A stretch of 64,000 bases of DNA from the human T2T-CHM13v2.0 reference genome, Homo sapiens. Of the stretch, positions 53,501 to 64,000 are shown one piece after another; position 1 is the first letter of the stretch; each line of letters begins with the position of its first letter. Both the position numbers and the translations under genes were made by a program. Under the pieces are notes generated by a model that searched no databases, was not told where the DNA came from, and worked only from the letters and a program-made list of their open reading frames with translations. The stretch lies in assembly GCF_009914755.1 (NCBI RefSeq), contig NC_060927.1; one strand, 5' to 3'.

Positions 53501-56500
53501 AAAGCCTCAAAGAGGTCCAAATATCCAGTTGCAGAATTTACAAACTGACTGTTTCCAAACTCATCTATGAAAAGAAAGGTTAAACTCTGGGAGTTGAATG
53601 CACATATCACAAAGTAGTTCCTGAGAATGATTCTGTCTAGTTTTCATACGAAGATATTTCCTTTTCCACCAATGGCCTCAAAGTGCTTGAAATCTCCCCT
53701 TGCAAATTCCACAGACAAGTGTTTCAAATCTGCACTGTCTAAAGGAAGGTTCAACCCTGTGAGTTGAATACACACACACAGAAACAAATTCACTGAGAAT
53801 TCTATTGTCTATCATTACACGAAGAAATCCCGTTTACTACGAAGGCCTCAAAGAGGTCCAAATATCCAGCTGCAGACATTACAAACTGAATGTTTCCAAA
53901 GTGCTCTATGAAAAGAAGTGTTAAACACTGTGAGTTCAATGCACACATCCCAAAGCAGTTTCTGAGAATGATTCCGTCTATTTTTTCTACGAAGATATTT
54001 CCTTTTCTGCCGTTGGCCTCAAAGCGCTTGAAATCTCCACTTGCAAATTCCACAAAAAGAGAGTTTCAAATCTGCTCTGTCTAAAGGAAGGTTCAACTCT
54101 GTGAGTTGAATACACACCACAAAAAGAAGTTACTGAGAATTCTTCTGTCTAGCATTATATGAAAAATCCCGTTTCCAACGAAGGCCACAAAGAGGTCCAA
54201 ATATCCACTTGCAGATTCTGCAAAAAGAGTGTTTCCAAACTGCTCTATGAAAAGAAACGTTAAACTCTGTGAGTTGAACGCAAACATCACAAAGTAGTTT
54301 CTGAGAATGACTCCGTCTAGTTTTTATACGAAGATATTTCCTTTCCTACCATTCACTTCAAAGCGCTTGAAGTCTCCCCCTGAAAATTCCACAAAAAGTG
54401 TTTCCAATCTGCTCCGCCTAAAGGAAGCTTCAACTCTGTGAGTTGAATACCCACAACCCAAAGAAGTTACTGAGAATTCTTCTGTCTAGCATTATATGAA
54501 GAAATCCCGTTTCCAACGAAGGCCTCAAATACATCCAAATATCCAGTTGCTGACTTTACAAACTGAGTGTTTCCAAACTGCTCTATGAAAAGAAAGGTTA
54601 AACACTGTGAGTTGAACACACACGTACCAAAGTAGTTTCTGAGAATGATTCTGTCTAGTTTGCATACGAAGATATTTCCTTTTCTACCATTGGCCTCAAA
54701 GCTCTGAAATCTCCACTTGCAAATTCCACAAAAAGAGAGTTTCAAATCTGCTGTTTCTAAAGGAATGTTCAACTCTGAGAGTTGAATACACACCAGAAAA
54801 AGCAGTTACTGAGAAGTCTTCTGTCTAGCATTATATGAAGAAATCCCATTTCCAACGAAGACTTCAAAGAGGTCCAAATATCCACTTGCAGATTCTGCAA
54901 AAAGAGTGTTTCGAAACAACTGTATGAAAAGAAAGGTTAAACACTGTGAGTTGAACGCACACATTGCAAAGCAGTTTCTGAGAATGATTCCGTCTAATTA
55001 TTATACGAAGGTATTTCCTTTTCTATCATTGGCCTCAAAGCGCTTGATACCTCCACCTGAAAATTCCACAAAAAGAGTGTTTCCAATCTACTCTGTCTAA
55101 AGGAACGTTCAACTCTGTGAGTTGAATACACACACACAGAAAGAATTCACTGAGAATTCTTCTGTCTGGCATTACATGAAGAAATCCCGTTTCCAACGAA
55201 GGCCTCAAAGAGGTCCAAATATCCACTTGCAGATTCTGCAAAAAGAGTGTTTCAAAACCGCTCCATTAAAAGGAAGGTTGAACTCTGTGAGTTGAATGCA
55301 AACATCACAACTCAGTTTCTGAGAATGCTTCTGACTAGATTTTATGGTAAGATATTTCCTTTTCTACCGTAGGCTTCAATGCCCTCTAAATACACCCTTG
55401 CAAATTCTACAAAGAGACTGTTTCATAACTGCTCTATAGGAAGAAAGGTTCAACTCTGTGAGTTGAATGCAGAGATCACAACGTGGTTTCTGCGAATGAT
55501 TCTTTGTAGTTTTTACATGAAGATATTTCGTTGTCAACCGTAGGCTTCAAAGCACTCAAAGTATTCACTTGGAACTTTTACAAAAAGAGTGTTAGAAAAC
55601 TGCTCTTTCCAAAGTAAGGTTCAACTCTGTGAGTTGAATGCACACATAACAATCAAGAAGTTTCTGAGAATTCTTCTGTCCTGGTTTATATGAAAAAATC
55701 CCGTTTCCAACGAAGACCTCAAAGACGTTTAAATATCCACTTGCAGACTTCACAAACAGAGGGTTTCCAAACTGCTCTGTGAAAAGAAAGGTTAAACTCT
55801 GTGAGTTGAACGCACACATCACAAAGTAGCTTCTGAGAATGATACTGTCTAGTTTTTATACGAAGATATTTCCTTTCTACCATTGGCGTCAAAGCGCTAG
55901 AATTCTCCACTTGCAAATTCCACAAAAAGAGTGTTTCCAATCTGCTCTGTCTAAAGGAAGGTTCAACTCTGTGAGTTGAATACACACACACAAAGAAGCT
56001 ACTGAGAATTCTTTTGTCAAGAATTATAAGAAGAAATCCCGTTTCCAACGAAGGCCTCAAAGAGTTCCAAATATCCACTTGCACACTGCACAAACTAAGT
56101 CTTTCCAAACTGCTCTATGCAAAGAAATGTTCAACTCTGTGAGTTTAATACACACATCACAAAGCAGTTTCTGAGAATGATACTGTCTAGTTTTTATACG
56201 AAGATATTTCCTTTTGTACCATTGGCCTCATACTGCTAGAATTTTCCACTTGCAAATTCCACAAAAAGAGTGTTTCCAATCCGCTCTGTCTAAAGGAAGG
56301 TTCAACTCTCTGATTTGAATACATACATCCCAAAAGAAGTTACTGAGAATTCTTCTGTCTAGCATTATGTGAAGAAATCCCGTTTCCAACGAAAGCCTCA
56401 AAGAGGTCCAAATATCCAGTTGCAGAATTTACAAACTGACTGTTTCCAAACTCATCTATGAAAAGAAAGGTTAAACTCTGGGAGTTGAATGCACATATCA

Positions 56501-59500
56501 CAAAGTAGTTCCTGAGAATGATTCTGTCTAGTTTTCATACGAAGATATTTCCTTTTCCACCAATGGCCTCAAAGTGCTTGAAATCTCCCCTTGCAAATTC
56601 CACAGACAAGTGTTTCAAATCTGCACTGTCTAAAGGAAGGTTCAACCCTGTGAGTTGAATACACACACACAGAAACAAATTCACTGAGAATTCTATTGTC
56701 TATCATTACACGAAGAAATCCCGTTTACTACGAAGGCCTCAAAGAGGTCCAAATATCCAGCTGCAGACATTACAAACTGAATGTTTCCAAAGTGCTCTAT
56801 GAAAAGAAGTGTTAAACACTGTGAGTTCAATGCACACATCCCAAAGCAGTTTCTGAGAATGATTCCGTCTATTTTTTCTACGAAGATATTTCCTTTTCTG
56901 CCGTTGGCCTCAAAGCGCTTGAAATCTCCACTTGCAAATTCCACAAAAAGAGAGTTTCAAATCTGCTCTGTCTAAAGGAAGGTTCAACTCTGTGAGTTGA
57001 ATACACACCACAAAAAGAAGTTACTGAGAATTCTTCTGTCTAGCATTATATGAAAAATCCCGTTTCCAACGAAGGCCACAAAGAGGTCCAAATATCCACT
57101 TGCAGATTCTGCAAAAAGAGTGTTTCCAAACTGCTCTATGAAAAGAAACGTTAAACTCTGTGAGTTGAACGCAAACATCACAAAGTAGTTTCTGAGAATG
57201 ACTCCGTCTAGTTTTTATACGAAGATATTTCCTTTCCTACCATTCACTTCAAAGCGCTTGAAGTCTCCCCCTGAAAATTCCACAAAAAGTGTTTCCAATC
57301 TGCTCCGCCTAAAGGAAGCTTCAACTCTGTGAGTTGAATACCCACAACCCAAAGAAGTTACTGAGAATTCTTCTGTCTAGCATTATATGAAGAAATCCCG
57401 TTTCCAACGAAGGCCTCAAATACATCCAAATATCCAGTTGCTGACTTTACAAACTGAGTGTTTCCAAACTGCTCTATGAAAAGAAAGGTTAAACACTGTG
57501 AGTTGAACACACACGTACCAAAGTAGTTTCTGAGAATGATTCTGTCTAGTTTGCATACGAAGATATTTCCTTTTCTACCATTGGCCTCAAAGCTCTGAAA
57601 TCTCCACTTGCAAATTCCACAAAAAGAGAGTTTCAAATCTGCTGTTTCTAAAGGAATGTTCAACTCTGAGAGTTGAATACACACCAGAAAAAGCAGTTAC
57701 TGAGAAGTCTTCTGTCTAGCATTATATGAAGAAATCCCATTTCCAACGAAGACTTCAAAGAGGTCCAAATATCCACTTGCAGATTCTGCAAAAAGAGTGT
57801 TTCGAAACAACTGTATGAAAAGAAAGGTTAAACACTGTGAGTTGAACGCACACATTGCAAAGCAGTTTCTGAGAATGATTCCGTCTAATTATTATACGAA
57901 GGTATTTCCTTTTCTATCATTGGCCTCAAAGCGCTTGATACCTCCACCTGAAAATTCCACAAAAAGAGTGTTTCCAATCTACTCTGTCTAAAGGAACGTT
58001 CAACTCTGTGAGTTGAATACACACACACAGAAAGAATTCACTGAGAATTCTTCTGTCTGGCATTACATGAAGAAATCCCGTTTCCAACGAAGGCCTCAAA
58101 GAGGTCCAAATATCCACTTGCAGATTCTGCAAAAAGAGTGTTTCAAAACCGCTCCATTAAAAGGAAGGTTGAACTCTGTGAGTTGAATGCAAACATCACA
58201 ACTCAGTTTCTGAGAATGCTTCTGACTAGATTTTATGGTAAGATATTTCCTTTTCTACCGTAGGCTTCAATGCCCTCTAAATACACCCTTGCAAATTCTA
58301 CAAAGAGACTGTTTCATAACTGCTCTATAGGAAGAAAGGTTCAACTCTGTGAGTTGAATGCAGAGATCACAACGTGGTTTCTGCGAATGATTCTTTGTAG
58401 TTTTTACATGAAGATATTTCGTTGTCAACCGTAGGCTTCAAAGCACTCAAAGTATTCACTTGGAACTTTTACAAAAAGAGTGTTAGAAAACTGCTCTTTC
58501 CAAAGTAAGGTTCAACTCTGTGAGTTGAATGCACACATAACAATCAAGAAGTTTCTGAGAATTCTTCTGTCCTGGTTTATATGAAAAAATCCCGTTTCCA
58601 ACGAAGACCTCAAAGACGTTTAAATATCCACTTGCAGACTTCACAAACAGAGGGTTTCCAAACTGCTCTGTGAAAAGAAAGGTTAAACTCTGTGAGTTGA
58701 ACGCACACATCACAAAGTAGCTTCTGAGAATGATACTGTCTAGTTTTTATACGAAGATATTTCCTTTCTACCATTGGCGTCAAAGCGCTAGAATTCTCCA
58801 CTTGCAAATTCCACAAAAAGAGTGTTTCCAATCTGCTCTGTCTAAAGGAAGGTTCAACTCTGTGAGTTGAATACACACACACAAAGAAGCTACTGAGAAT
58901 TCTTTTGTCAAGAATTATAAGAAGAAATCCCGTTTCCAACGAAGGCCTCAAAGAGTTCCAAATATCCACTTGCACACTGCACAAACTAAGTCTTTCCAAA
59001 CTGCTCTATGCAAAGAAATGTTCAACTCTGTGAGTTTAATACACACATCACAAAGCAGTTTCTGAGAATGATACTGTCTAGTTTTTATACGAAGATATTT
59101 CCTTTTGTACCATTGGCCTCATACTGCTAGAATTTTCCACTTGCAAATTCCACAAAAAGAGTGTTTCCAATCCGCTCTGTCTAAAGGAAGGTTCAACTCT
59201 CTGATTTGAATACATACATCCCAAAAGAAGTTACTGAGAATTCTTCTGTCTAGCATTATGTGAAGAAATCCCGTTTCCAACGAAAGCCTCAAAGAGGTCC
59301 AAATATCCAGTTGCAGAATTTACAAACTGACTGTTTCCAAACTCATCTATGAAAAGAAAGGTTAAACTCTGGGAGTTGAATGCACATATCACAAAGTAGT
59401 TCCTGAGAATGATTCTGTCTAGTTTTTATACGAAGATATTTCCTTTTCCACCAATGGCCTCAAAGTGCTTGAAATCTCCCCTTGCAAATTCCACAGACAA

Positions 59501-62500
59501 GTGTTTCAAATCTGCACTGTCTAAAGGAAGGTTCAACCCTGTGAGTTGAATACACACACACAGAAAAAAATTCACTGAGAATTCTATTGTCTATCATTAC
59601 ACGAAGAAATCCCGTTTACTACGAAGGCCTCAAAGAGGTCCAAATATCCAGCTGCAGACATTACAAACTGAGTGTTTCCAAAGTGCTCTATGAAAAGAAG
59701 TGTTAAACACTGTGAGTTCAATGCACACATCCCAAAGCAGTTTCTGAGAATGATTCCGTCTATTTTTTCTACGAAGATATTTCCTTTTCTGCCGTTGGCC
59801 TCAAAGCGCTTGAAATCTCCACTTGCAAATTCCACAAAAAGAGAGTTTCAAATCTGCTCTGTCTAAAGGAAGGTTCAACTCTGTGAGTTGAATACACACC
59901 ACAAAAAGAAGTTACTGAGAATTCTTCTGTCTAGCATTATATGAAAAATCCCGTTTCCAACGAAGGCCACAAAGAGGTCCAAATATCCACTTGCAGATTC
60001 TGCAAAAAGAGTGTTTCCAAACTGCTCTATGAAAAGAAAGGTTAAACTCTGTGAGTTGAACGCAAACATCACAAAGTAGTTTCTGAGAATGACTCCGTCT
60101 AGTTTTTATACGAAGATATTTCCTTTCCTACCATTCACTTCAAAACGCTTGAAGTCTCCCCCTGAAAATTCCACAAAAAGTGTTTCCAATCTGCTCCGCC
60201 TAAAGGAAGCTTCAACTCTGTGAGTTGAATACCCACAACCCAAAGAAGTTACTGAGAATTCTTCTGTCTAGCATTATATGAAGAAATCCCGTTTCCAACG
60301 AAGGCCTCAAATACATCCAAATATCCAGTTGCTGACTTTACAAACTGAGTGTTTCCAAACTGCTCTATGAAAAGAAAGGTTAAACACTGTGAGTTGAACA
60401 CACACGTACCAAAGTAGTTTCTGAGAATGATTCTGTCTAGTTTGCATACGAAGATATTTCCTTTTCTACCATTGGCCTCAAAGCTCTGAAATCTCCACTT
60501 GCAAATTCCACAAAAAGAGAGTTTCAAATCTGCTGTTTCTAAAGGAAAGTTCAACTCTGAGAGTTGAATACACACCAGAAAAAGCAGTTACTGAGAAGTC
60601 TTCTGTCTAGCAATATATGAAGAAATCCCATTTCCAACGAAGACTTCAAAGAGGTCCAAATATCCACTTGCAGATTCTGCAAAAAGAGTGTTTCGAAACA
60701 ACTGTATGAAAAGAAAGGTTAAACACTGTGAGTTGAACGCACACATTGCAAAGCAGTTTCTGAGAATGATTCCGTCTAATTATTATACGAAGGTATTTCC
60801 TTTTCTATCATTGGCCTCAAAGCGCTTGATACCTCCACCTGAAAATTCCACAAAAAGAGTGTTTCCAATCTACTCTGTCTAAAGGAACGTTCAACTCTGT
60901 GAGTTGAATACACACACACAGAAAGAATTCACTGAGAATTCTTCTGTCTGGCATTACATGAAGAAATCCCGTTTCCAACGAAGGCCTCAAAGAGGTCCAA
61001 ATATCCACTTGCAGATTCTGCAAAAAGAGTGTTTCAAAACCGCTCCATTAAAAGGAAGGTTGAACTCTGTGAGTTGAATGCAAACATCACAACTCAGTTT
61101 CTGAGAATGCTTCTGACTAGATTTTATGGTAAGATATTTCCTTTTCTACCGTAGGCTTCAATGCCCTCTAAATACACCCTTGCAAATTCTACAAAGAGAC
61201 TGTTTCATAACTGCTCTATAGGAAGAAAGGTTCAACTCTGTGAGTTGAATGCAGAGATCACAACGTGGTTTCTGCGAATGATTCTTTGTAGTTTTTACAT
61301 GAAGATATTTCGTTGTCAACCGTAGGCTTCAAAGCACTCAAAGTATTCACTTGGAACTTTTACAAAAAGAGTGTTAGAAAACTGCTCTTTCCAAAGTAAG
61401 GTTCAACTCTGTGAGTTGAATGCACCCATAACAATCAAGAAGTTTGTGAGAATTCTTCTGTCCTGGTTTATATGAAGAAATCCCGTTTCCAACGAAGGCC
61501 TCAAAGACGTTTAAATATCCACTTGCAGACTTCACAAACAGAGGGTTTCCAAACTGCTCTATGAAAAGAAAGGTTAAACTCTGTGAGTTGAACGCACACA
61601 TCACAAAGTAGTTTCTGAGAATGATACTGTCTACTTTTTATACGAAGATATTTCCTTTCTACCATTGGCGTCAAAGCGCTAGAATTCTCCACTTGCAAAT
61701 TCCACAAAAAGAGTGTTTCCAATCTGCTCTGTCTAAAGGAAGGTTCAACTCTGTGAGTTGAATACACACACACAAAGAAGCTACTGAGAATTCTTTTGTC
61801 AAGAATTATAAGAAGAAATCCCGTTTCCAACGAAGGCCTCAAAGAGTTCCAAATATCCACTTGCACACTGCACAAACTAAGTCTTTCCAAACTGCTCTAT
61901 GCAAAGAAATGTTCAACTCTGTGAGTTTAATACACACATCACAAAGCAGTTTCTGAGAATGATACTGTCTAGTTTTTATACGAAGATATTTCCTTTTGTA
62001 CCATTGGCCTCATACTGCTAGAATTTTCCACTTGCAAATTCCACAAAAAGAGTGTTTCCAATCCGCTCTGTCTAAAGGAAGGTTCAACTCTCTGATTTGA
62101 ATACATACATCCCAAAAGAAGTTACTGAGAATTCTTCTGTCTAGCATTATGTGAAGAAATCCCGTTTCCAACGAAAGCCTCAAAGAGGTCCAAATATCCA
62201 GTTGCAGAATTTACAAACTGACTGTTTCCAAACTCATCTATGAAAAGAAAGGTTAAACTCTGTGAGTTGAATGCACATATCACAAAGTAGTTCCTGAGAA
62301 TGATTCTGTCTAGTTTTTATACGAAGATATTTCCTTTTCCACCAATGGCCTCAAAGTGCTTGAAATCTCCCCTTGCAAATTCCACAGACAAGTGTTTCAA
62401 ATCTGCACTGTCTAAAGGAAGGTTCAACCCTGTGAGTTGAATACACACACACAGAAACAAATTCACTGAGAATTCTATTGTCTATCATTACACGAAGAAA

Positions 62501-64000
62501 TCCCGTTTACTACGAAGGCCTCAAAGAGGTCCAAATATCCAGCTGCAGACATTACAAACTGAGTGTTTCCAAAGTGCTCTATGAAAAGAAGTGTTAAACA
62601 CTGTGAGTTCAATGCACACATCCCAAAGCAGTTTCTGAGAATGATTCCGTCTATTTTTTCTACGAAGATATTTCCTTTTCTGCCGTTGGCCTCAAAGCGC
62701 TTGAAATCTCCACTTGCAAATTCCACAAAAAGAGAGTTTCAAATCTGCTCTGTCTAAAGGAAGGTTCAACTCTGTGAGTTGAATACACACCACAAAAAGA
62801 AGTTACTGAGAATTCTTCTGTCTAGCATTATATGAAAAATCCCGTTTCCAACGAAGGCCACAAAGAGGTCCAAATATCCACTTGCAGATTCTGCAAAAAG
62901 AGTGTTTCCAAACTGCTCTATGAAAAGAAACGTTAAACTCTGTGAGTTGAACGCAAACATCACAAAGTAGTTTCTGAGAATGACTCCGTCTAGTTTTTAT
63001 ACGAAGATATTTCCTTTCCTACCATTCACTTCAAAGCGCTTGAAGTCTCCCCCTGAAAATTCCACAAAAAGTGTTTCCAATCTGCTCCGCCTAAAGGAAG
63101 CTTCAACTCTGTGAGTTGAATACCCACAACCCAAAGAAGTTACTGAGAATTCTTCTGTCTAGCATTATATGAAGAAATCCCGTTTCCAACGAAGGCCTCA
63201 AATACATCCAAATATCCAGTTGCTGACTTTACAAACTGAGTGTTTCCAAACTGCTCTATGAAAAGAAAGGTTAAACACTGTGAGTTGAACACACACGTAC
63301 CAAAGTAGTTTCTGAGAATGATTCTGTCTAGTTTGCATACGAAGATATTTCCTTTTCTACCAGTGGCCTCAAAGCTCTGAAATCTCCACTTGCAAATTCC
63401 ACAAAAAGAGAGTTTCAAATCTGCTGTTTCTAAAGGAAAGTTCAACTCTGAGAGTTGAATACACACCAGAAAAAGCAGTTACTGAGAAGTCTTCTGTCTA
63501 GCATTATATGAAGAAATCCCATTTCCAACGAAGACTTCCAAGAGGTCCAAATATCCACTTGCAGATTCTGCAAAAAGAGTGTTTCGAAACAACTGTATGA
63601 AAAGAAAGGTTAAACACTGTGAGTTGAACGCACACATTGCAAAGCAGTTTCTGAGAATGATTCCGTCTAATTATTATACGAAGGTATTTCCTTTTCTATC
63701 ATTGGCCTCAAAGCGCTTGATACCTCCACCTGAAAATTCCACAAAAAGAGTGTTTCCAATCTACTCTGTCTAAAGGAACGTTCAACTCTGTGAGTTGAAT
63801 ACACACACACAGAAAGAATTCACTGAGAATTCTTCTGTCTGGCATTACATGAAGAAATCCCGTTTCCAACGAAGGCCTCAAAGAGGTCCAAATATCCACT
63901 TGCAGATTCTGCAAAAAGAGTGTTTCAAAACCGCTCCATTAAAAGGAAGGTTGAACTCTGTGAGTTGAATGCAAACATCACAACTCAGTTTCTGAGAATG
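11511..64000. repeat. Alpha-satellite 17-mer HOR array (~2891 bp, ~18.2 copies), D3Z1-like (human chr3 centromere)
   Basis: ~171-bp monomers. Units start at 11511, 14403, 17293, 20184, 23075, 25966, 28857, 31747, 34637, 37528, 40419, 43310, 46201, 49092, 51983, 54874, 57765, 60656, 63547. Dimeric CENP-B box spacing (SF1-like); a 17-mer of 2.9 kb is the known D3Z1 unit. Confidence 0.93.
11822..14389 (-). promoter_or_regulatory. CENP-B boxes of the first HOR (pattern recurs in every unit): 7 intact, 1 degenerate
   Basis: Reverse complement of nTTCGnnnnAnnCGGGn starting at 11822, 12336, 12675, 13016, 13357 (variant tcccgtttactacgaa, core retained), 13696 and 14034. The site at 14373 reads tcccattt and has lost the CGGG core. 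Confidence 0.9.

Noticed and set aside
11543-63914. Many 64-129 aa ORFs recurring every 2891 bp
   Set aside because: Chance translations of alpha-satellite monomers; they recur only because the DNA is repeated. Used solely as variant markers.
11511-64000. CRISPR-like regular repeat array
   Set aside because: No unique spacers and no cas genes; this is continuous 171-bp alpha satellite.
11511-64000. Structural HOR variants, inversions or TE insertions in the alpha array
   Set aside because: All unit lengths are 2890-2892 bp in one orientation, leaving no room for them.

Overview
Primate, almost certainly human, centromeric DNA with two domains. (1) Positions 1-11510 hold about 1.8 tandem copies of a ~6.3-kb composite repeat: a 147-bp ACRO1-type satellite block plus MER21 LTR, L1PA, L1M and Tigger5/MER47-like fragments and microsatellites, i.e. 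an ACRO-composite-type unit. (2) Positions 11511-64000 are a homogeneous alpha-satellite higher-order repeat (HOR) of 17 monomers / ~2891 bp, ~18.2 copies, with CENP-B boxes; this matches the chromosome 3 D3Z1 array. The join is abrupt, with no diverged monomeric layer. The main observation is that each 6.3-kb unit looks like a complete minus-strand Pol II gene. It has a GC box, a TATA box at -31, an initiator, a probable short 5'-UTR intron and one long exon. In that exon the 147-bp satellite reads as 49 codons = 7 degenerate heptads resembling the RNA polymerase II CTD repeat YSPTSPS. The reconstructed ORF is 993 aa. The one complete copy here has a 1-bp frameshift that the neighbouring copy lacks, and that neighbour is truncated by the alpha array. 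All ORFs inside the alpha array are treated as spurious.
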